Positions 1-9,927 of a stretch of DNA of 64,000 nucleotides are shown here, one piece after another. Numbering within the stretch: position 1 is the first letter of the stretch; the number at the start of each line of letters is the position of its first letter. The position numbers and the translations under genes are program-made. Origin of the DNA: a virus (taxonomy: Duplodnaviria; Caudoviricetes); the IMG/VR virus record IMGVR_UViG_3300013121_000039, positions 1-64,000 of that record. The stretch is one strand, 5' to 3'. The notes below the pieces were generated by a model. That model searched no databases and was not told where the DNA came from. It saw nothing but the letters and a program-made list of their open reading frames with translations.

Positions 1-3000
1 GCCCGAGAGGTCCGTCGTCTGGGTTGCGGTCCAGGCAGCGAGGGGCGGGCGCACGCTCATGTAGCCGGAGAACTTCACCACACCGAGCCGCAAGTAGGTG
101 TAGCCGTCGCCCACGTCGCCGAGGATGATGGCGACCTTACCCGTGGCCGTGTTCTTGGCCAGGCGCACCTGAGAGAACCTGAACCACCCCTGTGCCTGGT
201 AGCCAGACCCCGTGAAGCTGCCGGCGGGGTAGGCGTAGGAGCTGATGACGTACTTGAAGTCGTTCGGGAGGACGCTGTACTTGTGCCCCTCGATCTCCAC
301 GTTGAACATCGCGTACGAGGTGGCGTAGTCGATGTTCGTGTCGATGACGATGGCACCCGTCCCCGTCACGCTGTGGATGCTGAAGGTGGCGAGGTTGCGG
401 TACGTCGTCCACCCGTCGCTGCCCTCCATGTACGGGTTGGTCGTGACTCCCGTGTGGTAGAGGTTCAGCCCAGTGGCCGTGAGGACGCCGGCGTAGTCGA
501 AGTACGCCTTCTCGACACCGGCATTCCTCAGGGAGAGGATCTTCGAGCTCGGGTCGCTCAGCGTGATGCCGCTGAACGTGTCGACGATGGCATTGACTGC
601 GGTCGGGCCATCCACCATCCGGCCCAGGAGCTGGAGGCTCTGGCCGTTGTACGCGATGAAGGCGCCGCCGCTGGAAGCGACGAAGTAGCCGCTGGAGGCG
701 GAGAAGCCACCCGCCGAGACGACCCCTCCGGCCTGGTTGACGTAGAAGAGCTCCGTAGTCCCCTGGTCCCGGAAGACCTGGAACATCTTGGCCCCGGGCG
801 TGGTCTGATCGGTGGTCTGGTAGACCTTGGTGCCGAGGTAACCGGCGCTCGGCGCACCGATGTTGCGCAGCACAACGGAACCAGCATTCCCGACGAAGTG
901 GGAGTTCGTGTAGATGTTGCTGTCGACCAGGAGCGTGCCTGGCGTGCGGATGGCGCCGCCGTTGCCGTACCAGTAATCGGTCGCGCTCTGGCCGAAGGAG
1001 ATGCGGCCGCCGGTCGTCAGGGAGATGGCATCTGCGCCCGTAACGGTAGAGGCGATGGCGCCCACCATCGTGCCACCGGCGAGCGCCAACTTCTCGTTGT
1101 CGAGCTCCTCGATGGCCGCCTGGACGTTGATCGAGGCGATGGCGCCGGTCGGGGTGAAGGATACGGCGGAGGCCGGCAGTGACGTGATGCCCCCACCAGG
1201 CAGGGCCGACGACGTGCGGTAGTCGATGGACTCGATGAAGGTCGGAGTCCCGCCCGTGTTGCGGTAGATGATGCCGTAGAGGAGCTTGAACTCGCGCGTG
1301 GGGAGGTTGGCCCAGTCCGGCTGCGGAGCCATACGGGCATCGGACACCGTCGTGTACTCGGTCTGCGCCACCACCACGGAGATCGGGTAGTTGGGATCGT
1401 TGGTCGCGTAGATGAAGTTACAGACGTACCGGTTGTTGCCGACCGCCGTGAGCGTGCCGGCGTTGTCCCACTGGAGGTTGCCCGCGCTGACCGAGTAGGG
1501 CGTGGTGACGAGTGACGTCACCATCTGGTTCGAGGCGTTGCGCCACCAGAGGCGGACCGTGGTGATGGGGCCGGTGATCGAGTGCCGGATGTCCTCGTCG
1601 TAGATGATGCCGGTCCCCGCCGAGATGGTGGTGTCGGTGAAGGTGCAGGCCAGGCCGCTGTCGAAGGCCGTGCCGCGGGTGTTGTGCAGGTACAGGTGCA
1701 TGTCGCGACTGCGCCATGCGCTGTGCCGCTCATCGCCGATGACGCCTGTGGTCCCGTCCCAGTAGACGGTTGCCACAGGAGCCACCTGGTCCGAGCTGAT
1801 CGACCAGACGGCAGTGCTGGAGACCAGTGTCCCGGCCGCGTCGAAGTAGATGAAGTGCTCCCCGACGGTGTTGGGGAGAACCACCGACTGGATGGTCGAC
1901 TTCGTGTACTTGACGTTGTTCGTCCAGAAATCGAAGGAGCCGATCGGTGTAATCGAGAAGGTCCGCGTGCCGTCGACGAACGAGAGCGTGCTCGTCGTGC
2001 GGTCCTTCATACCAGCGAGGACGCTCGTCCCACCGATGGCGACTGTCGGGGCCGAGACGTTGCCGTTGATGGTAACGGCTGCCCCAGTCTTGCCGATGAT
2101 CACCGAAGACGCCACTCCGGTGCCAAGGCTCAGGCTTCCTGAAGGGTACGTGTCGATGACCGGTGAGTAGATCGTGCCGGACGTCTTGATGGCGTACACG
2201 CCAGCGGCGATCAGAGTGGAGTCGGAGGCTTGGATGGTCCACTTCGCGGAGCCGTTGATACCGAAGCGGAGGTCGTGAGCGGTGTTCGTGAAGAGGAAGG
2301 CCCCACTGCCGTCAACTCCGACCGACACCGTCCTGGTACCGTCCCCGAGGTAGAGGCCGGTAGCGTTGGCCGTACCGACGACGTAGGCCTTTTCCGTGCC
2401 TCCGCTCCTGATCGAGAGGAGCTTGGCGCCCGAGGTGCTCAGGGCGTTGTACGTGTCGATGATGTTGCCAACTGCCGAGGCCCCGTCGGTCGCAGCTCCC
2501 CTCAACGTGCTGCGGATATTCTGCGGATCGAAGTAGCCGGAGGCGGTCGAGGTCCCGGTACCCGAGGCGGCGGTCCACGTCGCCGAGTCGGCCTCGCCAG
2601 AGATGATGGTGATGTAGGCCGTAGCCGCCGTGGACCCAGACACACGGCGGATCCGCATCGCGGTCACTGCGGCGTTGACGTTGATCTCCAGGGCGATGTC
2701 GTTCGCCGCGTACGGCCCACCGTCCGAGATCGGTGGAACCGTGAGCCAGTTGGCCCCAGTCAGGTTGTAGATGGAGGAGATCGTGTAGTGCTTGGCCCCC
2801 GAGTAGCCAGAGCCAGGGATCGCGATGTGCACCTGGAAGGAGTGCGACCCGTTGACGATGTTGAAGCTGCCGAGCTCGACGTAGTTGCCGACCACGGTCG
2901 GGAGCGTGCGCGTCTCGTACCACCGCCTCGGCGCCGTGGAGAGGAAGCCGAGGCTGTCGATGTACGCAACCTCGTTCACCATGTTGTTGGTGAAGAAGGC

Positions 3001-3756
3001 GATGACCTTGCCACCGGCCGAGATGTTGCCCGTCGTGCCGACGCGGACTCCAGTGACGACCCCGGTGGACTGCCCCTTCAAGTCCAGCGTGGCGCTGGCA
3101 GCCGCCTGGTGGGTGGTGGCGGTGAGAGTGCCGACGCCGCTGGCCCCGACCGTGAGGTTGCCGGAGGTATCCATCGACATGCGGACGGCGCCGCCCGTCT
3201 CGTCGATGTCGGTGACGAAGCGGAGCAGGTTGGACGCGACGTCGATGGCGAAGTTCTTGTTGGCGCCGTAGATGAACTTCACCGCCGGCGTGTCGGTGGC
3301 CCCGACGTTGAGGACGAGGTCCCCTCCAGTGGCGCTGTTCGTGTAGGCGTAGGGCGTGGCGGTAGCGAGGGTGAGCTCCAAGCTCTGGTTCGTCGCACCG
3401 AGCCCGCGGAGCTGCATGTTGCCCAGCTTCACCTTGGCGCCTGTCGCGGCCGTGAAGGCGTCGCTGCCAGAGGCGGCGTTGGCGTAGAAGCTGACGGCGT
3501 TCAGCTGGCCGGCGTTGGTGAGCCAGGCGTACTCGTTCCCCCCGATCTGGTACGAGATCTTCGTGCCCTCGGTCTTCATGACCAAGAAGGCGTTGGTGGG
3601 GTCGTAGGTGATGCCAGAGGTGCTGGTCGGGGACCCGAGAGGCGTCGTCGTCTTCTGGACGTAGAACCCCCCTGCGACCAGGCTGTCGGCCGTGAAGTCG
3701 ATGGGGAGTTCGAACTGCCCAGTCGCGTCGTTGACGAGCGGGTAGACCAGCGCCAC
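1..3756 (-). CDS. Long tail fibre protein (>1252 aa, runs off window start; missed by ORF track)
   Basis: Manual translation from GTG 3756 (GAAGGG upstream) is open to position 1: VALVYPLVNDATGQFELPIDF... G/T/S/A-rich beta-type sequence, fibre motif LPASAVSFTPTGAIASINVQAAIEELDNEK, internal repeat ending (T/V)EKAY. Confidence 0.85.
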   Translation of the reverse strand, partial: MALVYPLVNDATGQFELPIDFTADSLVAGGFYVQKTTTPLGSPTSTSGITYDPTNAFLVMKTEGTKISYQIGGNEYAWLTNAGQLNAVSFYANAASGSDAFTAATGAKVKLGNMQLRGLGATNQSLELTLATATPYAYTNSATGGDLVLNVGATDTPAVKFIYGANKNFAIDVASNLLRFVTDIDETGGAVRMSMDTSGNLTVGASGVGTLTATTHQAAASATLDLKGQSTGVVTGVRVGTTGNISAGGKVIAFFTNNMVNEVAYIDSLGFLSTAPRRWYETRTLPTVVGNYVELGSFNIVNGSHSFQVHIAIPGSGYSGAKHYTISSIYNLTGANWLTVPPISDGGPYAANDIALEINVNAAVTAMRIRRVSGSTAATAYITIISGEADSATWTAASGTGTSTASGYFDPQNIRSTLRGAATDGASAVGNIIDTYNALSTSGAKLLSIRSGGTEKAYVVGTANATGLYLGDGTRTVSVGVDGSGAFLFTNTAHDLRFGINGSAKWTIQASDSTLIAAGVYAIKTSGTIYSPVIDTYPSGSLSLGTGVASSVIIGKTGAAVTINGNVSAPTVAIGGTSVLAGMKDRTTSTLSFVDGTRTFSITPIGSFDFWTNNVKYTKSTIQSVVLPNTVGEHFIYFDAAGTLVSSTAVWSISSDQVAPVATVYWDGTTGVIGDERHSAWRSRDMHLYLHNTRGTAFDSGLACTFTDTTISAGTGIIYDEDIRHSITGPITTVRLWWRNASNQMVTSLVTTPYSVSAGNLQWDNAGTLTAVGNNRYVCNFIYATNDPNYPISVVVAQTEYTTVSDARMAPQPDWANLPTREFKLLYGIIYRNTGGTPTFIESIDYRTSSALPGGGITSLPASAVSFTPTGAIASINVQAAIEELDNEKLALAGGTMVGAIASTVTGADAISLTTGGRISFGQSATDYWYGNGGAIRTPGTLLVDSNIYTNSHFVGNAGSVVLRNIGAPSAGYLGTKVYQTTDQTTPGAKMFQVFRDQGTTELFYVNQAGGVVSAGGFSASSGYFVASSGGAFIAYNGQSLQLLGRMVDGPTAVNAIVDTFSGITLSDPSSKILSLRNAGVEKAYFDYAGVLTATGLNLYHTGVTTNPYMEGSDGWTTYRNLATFSIHSVTGTGAIVIDTNIDYATSYAMFNVEIEGHKYSVLPNDFKYVISSYAYPAGSFTGSGYQAQGWFRFSQVRLAKNTATGKVAIILGDVGDGYTYLRLGVVKFSGYMSVRPPLAAWTATQTTDLSG

Positions 3757-3775
3757 GCTGTTGCCCTTCTCGCGC

Positions 3776-5311
3776 TTACGGCTTCATGCCGTAGTCGCGG
3801 ATGTCGACGATGAGGTCGGTCGCGTTCTTGGCGATGCCCGCCTGAATGGTCCGCGACCTGGACGGGAGTGCCGTCGGGTCGTTGGTGAGGCCGCCGCTGG
3901 TGCTGAGGAAGATCTGCTGCCCAGCGGTCCAGCCCGAGCCGGCTGCTGTGAGAAGCCCGTTCATCATGATGGTGGCCGTGGCGGCCCCGGCCACCGCAGC
4001 CGTGCACACTCCCACGATGTAGGTCTTGGCCACGTTGCTGGGGTCGCCCTTCGCCACGGTGTCGTTGGCGCTGACGTAGACCACGTCGCCCTTGGCGAGT
4101 CCGCCGGCGGCCGCCGTGGCCGTGAAGGTCGTGGAGGCGGCCGACAGCCCCGCATGGGTGTGGAGCGCGCTCGCGTCCCCGCCACCCGTCAGGGTACCGA
4201 GGTTGGCCGCGGTGACGTTGGCCGAGGTGGCCACGCCGCCGATCTGCCAGGTCCCAGCTGCCGGGACGCCGAGGACGGAGAGGCCGGCTGCGGCGATGGA
4301 GAGGGTCGTGCCGTTCAGCTTCACGGCGACGCCGCTGGCGCCCAGCTGGATGGCCCCGGTGGTGCCATCCGCGAGGACGGAGAGGCCGGAGTTGAACTGG
4401 AGGCCTGGGGTGGCTGCCAGGGTGATGCCGATGCCGTTCGCCCCGACGTTGATGCCCTGGGAGGCGTTGGGCTTGGCGGCGACACCCGTGGCGCTGGCCT
4501 GCACGCCGTCGCCGTACTTCACGTCGACGTAGGTGCTGGTGAAGGCGAGGCCGGGGTTGGTCCCGTTCAGGACGATCTTGAAGCCGCTGGCGTCCACGCC
4601 CATGCCGGCGGCGGTGTTGGCGACGCCGGTGATGGCGGTCCCGGAGATGCTGACGCCGTTCGAGGCGGTGTAGGTGCCGGGGCCGACGAACTGGCTCCAC
4701 ACCTGGGCCGTGGTGCCGACGGTGATCGGGTCGTCGGTGGTGAGGATCCAGGCGGTGTTGCCGTTCGAGGTGCCCTCGGTCACGAAGACCGCGGCGCCAG
4801 ACGTGAGCATGCCGGCCGAACCATCGGACGACCTGGTCGCGCTCGCCGCGCTGTTCCAGACGTAGATGCCGTTCTCGGCCGGGGTCGACTGGGCCTTCAG
4901 GAGGAAGCGGTCCCCGGCCACCATGGCGACGCCGTCGATGCTGGCGCCAGGCGCGGTAGTGGGGTTGGCGAGGTTCCCGGTGGGCGTGGCGCGGACCGAC
5001 TGCTTCCAGTCCACGCCCGCCACCAGGTTGTCGACGTACTGCTTCGAGACGGCGTCCGAGTTGGCAGACGGCGTCAGGTTCAGGTTGGTGATGCGGAGGC
5101 CGCCGGCGTCGATGGCCACACCCGCCACACCAGTGGCGAACGTGGCCTTCTTGACGTTGGTGGCCTCCGTGGTGCCGAAGTCGAGGCCGACCCCCGCCAC
5201 GCCCGTGACGAGGGTGATCTTCGCCAGCTGGATCTCGTCGGTGTCCTGGTTCGAGTCGAAGTACGCCGACCCGACAGCGACGGACTGGAAGATGAAGCGG
5301 CGAAGAGCCAT
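3776..5311 (-). CDS. Tail/head fibre protein with C-terminal capsid-cement-like (DUF2190-like) domain
   Basis: Common phage fibre module DAVSKQYVD..GVDWKQSVRA..IDGV..VAGDRFLLKAQ..AENGIYV. G/A-rich shaft. C-terminal KGDVVYVS..IVGVC..GQQIFLS domain. Confidence 0.75.
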   Translation of the reverse strand: MALRRFIFQSVAVGSAYFDSNQDTDEIQLAKITLVTGVAGVGLDFGTTEATNVKKATFATGVAGVAIDAGGLRITNLNLTPSANSDAVSKQYVDNLVAGVDWKQSVRATPTGNLANPTTAPGASIDGVAMVAGDRFLLKAQSTPAENGIYVWNSAASATRSSDGSAGMLTSGAAVFVTEGTSNGNTAWILTTDDPITVGTTAQVWSQFVGPGTYTASNGVSISGTAITGVANTAAGMGVDASGFKIVLNGTNPGLAFTSTYVDVKYGDGVQASATGVAAKPNASQGINVGANGIGITLAATPGLQFNSGLSVLADGTTGAIQLGASGVAVKLNGTTLSIAAAGLSVLGVPAAGTWQIGGVATSANVTAANLGTLTGGGDASALHTHAGLSAASTTFTATAAAGGLAKGDVVYVSANDTVAKGDPSNVAKTYIVGVCTAAVAGAATATIMMNGLLTAAGSGWTAGQQIFLSTSGGLTNDPTALPSRSRTIQAGIAKNATDLIVDIRDYGMKP

Positions 5312-5314
5312 GGG

Positions 5315-5740
5315 TTACTCCGGCTTGGACTGGTGCGCAGCGAGCTCCGCCTTGTCCGGCGGAGGGATCTTCGAGAGCACGCCGGTCTCGTCGTCGTAGG
5401 CGTACTCCTTCATGTCGACCTTGAGGCGCTTGCCGATGTCGGCGACGAGGTCGCCGTAGACCTTCTGGTGCTTCTGGATCTCGCTCTGGAGCTCCACGAT
5501 GCGGCCGTTCATCTTCTTCGCGTCCTCGTTCTCCTGGAGGAACTTCTGGAAGAGGCCATTCATCGTGGCGGAGGCGAGCTGGAGCTCCATCGAGGCGGCG
5601 CGCACCTTCTCCGCGGACCTCGTGAGGCGCAGGAGGGTGAGCTCGTCGATCTTGAGGTCGTCGGAGACGACCTTCCCATTCTTCTTGGGGGCGGCTGGGG
5701 TGAGATCCCTGATGACGGACGCGACGGTCTTCTTGGCCAT
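5315..5740 (-). CDS. Hypothetical coiled-coil protein (possible fibre chaperone)
   Basis: Start moved to ATG 5740 (MAKKTVA), with AGGAG upstream. Helical, charged sequence. Confidence 0.7.
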   Translation of the reverse strand: MAKKTVASVIRDLTPAAPKKNGKVVSDDLKIDELTLLRLTRSAEKVRAASMELQLASATMNGLFQKFLQENEDAKKMNGRIVELQSEIQKHQKVYGDLVADIGKRLKVDMKEYAYDDETGVLSKIPPPDKAELAAHQSKPE

Positions 5741-5766
5741 GGGGTGAGGCTCCTGTGACGGGGTGA

Positions 5767-5796
5767 AATGTAGCACTCACTTCTTGGAGGTGGGAA
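5767..5796 (-). promoter_or_regulatory. Putative sigma70-like late promoter TTCCCA-N18-TACATT
   Basis: Intergenic. Same architecture at 24833, 36998, 55689 and 63278. Confidence 0.6.
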
Positions 5797-5804
5797 CGAC
5801 TTGG

Positions 5805-6641
5805 TCAGCCTCTCATCTTGGTGACCGAGAGGCTTGGGGTGAACAGAATCGACGCCGAGTCGATGGCGACGCCGATGGACTGGTACGTGATCGTCTCGCC
5901 CACAGCAGGGGTAGGAGGCGACATGGTGGGACGGCCATCGCGTCCCAGGAAGAGCTGGTAGCCGGGGGTGAGGCCGGAGAATCCTGCCACCACCCCAGCC
6001 ACCTGGATCGTGCAGGTGGTGGGAGTCGGCTTCGCTGTCACGATGCCGATGACTGGCGTCTTGCCAGAAACGGCAGGGTCAGCAAGAGCCACCGTTCGAG
6101 AAGCGCCGGCAGCGTAGACGAGGTCACCCACGGCCAGGGTGGAGAGGCAGAGGCCTGTGAACGTTGAGACGGCCCCTCCACCTGTCGAGACTGCCGCCAC
6201 ACCTGCTGCCACCGAGACGCCGGCGTCTTGGAAGTTGATGCCGGTCACCTGGCCCAGGGAGACGCCTCCGGCGAGGATCTGGATGGAGCCGGCTCCCGAG
6301 ATCGGCTGCCCGCCGATTCCGGTGGGGTAGATCGTGCCGGCGAGCCGGACATCGGTGAGCTTCCCCTGAGCGTTCCGGTCGAGGTCCTGGGTGAAGACCT
6401 CCGTGAGGTTGCCGTCCTTGTCGTAGTGCTTCTTCGTGACGTTGGAGAGCTTGCCCAGGACTCGGGTGAGGAGAGTCTCGCGGATCTTCTGAGTCCGGGT
6501 GTTGTCCACCCAGATGATGATGCTGGTGATGACGCCGACCCCATCTCGGACGATCTCCTTGTACCCCCCTCGTGCGAAGACGTGCTGGAGGGTCGCCCGG
6601 GTGTCGTGCGAGATCTCGTTGATGACTCTTGGAGTCGTCAT
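5805..6641 (-). CDS. Virion structural protein with C-terminal DUF2190-like domain
   Basis: C-terminal VGDLVYAAG..VIGIV..GLTPGYQLFLG paralogous to the C-termini of 3776..5311 and 11308..12021. Confidence 0.65.
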   Translation of the reverse strand: MTTPRVINEISHDTRATLQHVFARGGYKEIVRDGVGVITSIIIWVDNTRTQKIRETLLTRVLGKLSNVTKKHYDKDGNLTEVFTQDLDRNAQGKLTDVRLAGTIYPTGIGGQPISGAGSIQILAGGVSLGQVTGINFQDAGVSVAAGVAAVSTGGGAVSTFTGLCLSTLAVGDLVYAAGASRTVALADPAVSGKTPVIGIVTAKPTPTTCTIQVAGVVAGFSGLTPGYQLFLGRDGRPTMSPPTPAVGETITYQSIGVAIDSASILFTPSLSVTKMRG

Positions 6642-6648
6642 GGTTCTC

Positions 6649-8262
6649 TCAAGAGCCAGCCAAGACGATATCGTTCAGGTCCGCGATGTCCTGAGCGACA
6701 GTCGAGTTGGGGGTGCCGAGCTTGTTGGAGACCGCTGTGATGGCCGTGTTGGAGGCCGGATCCGGTGGCAGCAGGTCCGTCTTCGCCCGGATGGTGCTCA
6801 TGACGTCGCGGTCGGTGGCGTTGAAGGCGCCAGACGCCGTGGCCGGATCCGGCGGGATGTTGTCGGTCTTCCCCTTGATGTCGACGAGCAGCTGGTGGTC
6901 CTCTGCCGTGAAGGCGTTGGCCCCAGCACCGACGACCAGGTCGATGTGGCTGTTGGAGGCTGGATCCGTCGGCAGGTTGTCGGTCTTGCCGCGCACACCG
7001 AGGATGTCGGTGCGGTTGAGGTCCTGGGTGGCCGCCACCGTATCGAGTTCGGTCTTGATGGCGTTGATCTGGTCTCGGTCGGTCTGCGTGAAGTTCGAGG
7101 CGACGAGGGAGCTCTTGATGGTGTGGAGGTCATCGCCGGTCGTGAAGCCCGAGCCCTTGATCTCCGTGGCCCTGGTGTTGACCGTGGTGTTGGAAGCCGG
7201 GTCCCCGGGCAGGTTGTCGGTCTTGGCCTTCGTCTGCCTCGTCACCACGTAGGTCTCGGAGACGGTGCGGGCCACGTTCGAACCGTAGGTGGACTCGGTT
7301 CCCAGCACGCCGGCGATGGTACCGGCCTGACTGGCGGGATCAGCGGGGAGGTTGTCGGTCTTCGCCTTGACTGCCTGGAGGTCGGCCCGATCCTGCACGC
7401 CGAAACCACCAGAAGCCGAGGCGTCGGCCGCCAGCTGGATCTGCACCAGGGAGTGCAGCAGTGGATCGTACCCGGCGCCTCCGAGGTAGGAGTTCGAGGC
7501 AGGGTCGGCCGGCAGGTTGGTCGTCTTGGCGTTCACTGCATCGAGCTGCGTGCGGATGGCGTGGAGGGTGTCGTTGGTGGCACTCCAGCTCGTGCCCTTC
7601 AGCGCGGTGCCGAGGTTGTTGGTGTTCGTGTTGACGTTGTCGCGGGCACTCGTCACATCACCCTGCGACGCAGGGATGGCGGGCAGGTTGTCCGTCTTCG
7701 CCTTGATGGCTCCGAGGTTCGACCGGTCGGAGGCTGTGAAGGTCGTGGCCGCGGCGTTGTCGACGTCCGTCTTGCTGGCCACTGAGGAGGTACCGATGAG
7801 GTCCGTCTTCGCCTTCACCGCGAGGAGGCTGTCCCGGTCGGTCGAAGTGAAGCCCCCGGAACCAGTTCCAGCAGCGATGTCCTGGATGTCGTGCGAGAGG
7901 TCCGCCCCCACTGGTGCGCCGATGCGGTCGTAGATCTCCTTCTCGGTGTTGGCCCTCACGTTCACGGAGCCTGGGTAGAACTCGGCCCCAGTGACTGCCA
8001 CGCCGTAGTGGAGAATGCCGGCTTGGTCGACGGCCGAGGCGGGGATCTTGAGCAGGTAGTAGCCGCGCTGCGAGTAGGCCCCCTGGGTCTTCTGCACCCA
8101 GTCAGTGGGGCCAAGGGCGCCGAGGTCCACCTCGGTCCCGTCGTTCTTGATGATGGTGGCCGAGACGGACGAGTAGGTCACGTCGTTGAACGGGGAGCCC
8201 GCCGTCGAGTCGACGAGCACCACCGGGACCAGCGCATCGACGCCTTGCTTGAGGAGAAGCAT
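6649..8262 (-). CDS. Fibrous virion protein with ~8 KAKTDNLPxDPAS repeats
   Basis: Repeated FTxxDRxxLxx(I/V)KAKTDNLPxDPAS units. Lies in the fibre operon. Confidence 0.75.
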   Translation of the reverse strand: MLLLKQGVDALVPVVLVDSTAGSPFNDVTYSSVSATIIKNDGTEVDLGALGPTDWVQKTQGAYSQRGYYLLKIPASAVDQAGILHYGVAVTGAEFYPGSVNVRANTEKEIYDRIGAPVGADLSHDIQDIAAGTGSGGFTSTDRDSLLAVKAKTDLIGTSSVASKTDVDNAAATTFTASDRSNLGAIKAKTDNLPAIPASQGDVTSARDNVNTNTNNLGTALKGTSWSATNDTLHAIRTQLDAVNAKTTNLPADPASNSYLGGAGYDPLLHSLVQIQLAADASASGGFGVQDRADLQAVKAKTDNLPADPASQAGTIAGVLGTESTYGSNVARTVSETYVVTRQTKAKTDNLPGDPASNTTVNTRATEIKGSGFTTGDDLHTIKSSLVASNFTQTDRDQINAIKTELDTVAATQDLNRTDILGVRGKTDNLPTDPASNSHIDLVVGAGANAFTAEDHQLLVDIKGKTDNIPPDPATASGAFNATDRDVMSTIRAKTDLLPPDPASNTAITAVSNKLGTPNSTVAQDIADLNDIVLAGS

Positions 8263-9119
8263 CAGTTCAGCCCCGGGTTGACCTTACGGCGCTTCCTCTT
8301 CTTGCCAGAAGAGGAGGTCGTCAGGCTACGAAGATTCTTGGCTGGGCGAGAGACGGAACGGAGGCCGCCGGTATCGGAGACGACGAGAGAGGGGAGGCTC
8401 GGCGAGAACGTTGCGAACTCAAGGACCTCGGTCGAGGACAGCTCTCGGTTGTACACGCAGACCTCAGAGAGGCAACGGCTGGTCAGGGGGGCCGCTGAGG
8501 TGTTCCTAGACAGGAGGGCAAACGTGGCGGAGCTCGCAATGGTCGCCGCGAGCGTAGCCGTCGGGCCGTCTGCGTACGAGGGCTCGAACCCATCAATGTA
8601 GAAGTGCAGACCGGAGCGGTTCCCGGTCCCGTCGTAGGTCGCCGCGAAGTGGTGCCACCCACTCCAGAAGGAGGACTGCACGGCAAAGTCTCGATAGATG
8701 CCGACGAGCGTATCCGCGTTGTTGTTGAGCTGCCACCGGATGTTGGCGGCCCCGCTCAGCACGAAGAGGTCGTAGCCGATGTACGGTGAGGAGTTGACGA
8801 TCTTCGAGAGGATGGCCCCGCTAGTCGGAGCAGACTGGCTCCAGAGCCAGCCGTGGAACGAGAAGGCCTGGTTGTACTCAAACGAGAGGATGGAGCTGGA
8901 CGCGGCTCTGTAGGCGGTGTTGGAGGCCGAGGCCCTGTAGCACCAGTGGCCTTTCCCCGGGGACCACTGATCCTTGTCCAGGACCGAGGAGAAGATCGAC
9001 AGGTTGTTCCCGCCAGATCCGTAGTCGACGATGGTCGAGCCCGAAGCGACACCGGTCTCGTCCAGTCTCCACCAGGCGAGAGGGTTCGAGGCCGCGACGA
9101 GGTCGTAGTAGTCCGTCAT
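8262..9119 (-). CDS. LamG/concanavalin A-like domain protein (putative receptor-binding)
   Basis: PLAWWRLDE..., FSFHGW, WHHFAATYDG..LHFYIDG, LSEVCVYNRELSSTEV are LamG-like jellyroll motifs. Confidence 0.8.
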   Translation of the reverse strand: MTDYYDLVAASNPLAWWRLDETGVASGSTIVDYGSGGNNLSIFSSVLDKDQWSPGKGHWCYRASASNTAYRAASSSILSFEYNQAFSFHGWLWSQSAPTSGAILSKIVNSSPYIGYDLFVLSGAANIRWQLNNNADTLVGIYRDFAVQSSFWSGWHHFAATYDGTGNRSGLHFYIDGFEPSYADGPTATLAATIASSATFALLSRNTSAAPLTSRCLSEVCVYNRELSSTEVLEFATFSPSLPSLVVSDTGGLRSVSRPAKNLRSLTTSSSGKKRKRRKVNPGLN

Positions 9120-9919
9120 CCGATCCTCGGATTCAGCCGGCCGCCACCCTTGGCGGCCACACTCGACCCTGCCGTCGTGGTGATGAGGTTCTTCGCAGGA
9201 CGGGAGACGGACCTCAAGATCTGCGCACCCTCGTCGTACCGCCCGCTAAACGCCAAGCCAGGGTTGGCGTGTTCGGTGATCTCCTCAAGCGAGAGCGCGC
9301 GGGAGTAGATGGCGCACTCCATGAAACAACCAACACCGCCATCTCCGAACATCGTCACAGGGGTCGTCGCGACGATGTCGTGAGCCCCTGTGAGATTCCA
9401 GGAGTTGGAGCTCTGCGCAAGCTCCACCCCGTCGTGGAACAGGCGCATGCCGCTGAGGGCCACCGTACCGTCGTAGACGAACGCGAAGTGGCGAGGGGCG
9501 CCTGGGGTCGATGCAGGAATCGTGAAGCTCTTCAACCCATACGCCCCCTGTGCGTAGAGATAGAAGACGGGGCTGCTCGTGCCATTCCCGCGAATCTGCC
9601 AGCCGCGAGTGCCGTCGTACCTCTTGATGATGTTGGAGATGTACCACTGGTCCAGCCAGAACTCGATCGTGAAGGCTTGTGAGACGCCGTAGGCTCCCAC
9701 GGAAGTGCTGCCGACCGCGGCTCCGGCAGTCCCCCCGTTGAAGTAAGTGCAGTAGGAGCCTCCCCGCACTGCCCCAAGCACGTGGCTCTGCTGGTAATCC
9801 CCGGCATACGTTGCGTTGACTGCCCCGATCTCATCAACCGCCGTCGAGCCAGACGTCTCCAGAAGACGCCAGTAGGCATCTGGAGCAGCGGCAAGGACAC
9901 GATCGGAGTACGCGCTCAT
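9116..9919 (-). CDS. LamG/concanavalin A-like domain protein (paralog)
   Basis: PDAYWRL.ETSG, FTIEFW, HFAFVYDG..MRLFHDG, ECAIYSRALSLEEI. Confidence 0.8.
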   Translation of the reverse strand: MSAYSDRVLAAAPDAYWRLLETSGSTAVDEIGAVNATYAGDYQQSHVLGAVRGGSYCTYFNGGTAGAAVGSTSVGAYGVSQAFTIEFWLDQWYISNIIKRYDGTRGWQIRGNGTSSPVFYLYAQGAYGLKSFTIPASTPGAPRHFAFVYDGTVALSGMRLFHDGVELAQSSNSWNLTGAHDIVATTPVTMFGDGGVGCFMECAIYSRALSLEEITEHANPGLAFSGRYDEGAQILRSVSRPAKNLITTTAGSSVAAKGGGRLNPRIG

Positions 9920-9927
9920 CGGCCCAG

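Noticed and set aside
3576-5780. 734-aa minus-strand ORF, and the N-terminal extensions of track ORFs 59236..60657, 60880..62022, 40423..41244, 56241..56843
   Set aside because: Out-of-frame overlaps with better-supported genes. The true starts are the coupled ones listed in the features.
6700-7850. CRISPR array or DGR template/variable repeats
   Set aside because: The repeats are in-frame, synonymously diverged protein repeats. No cas or reverse transcriptase gene is seen.
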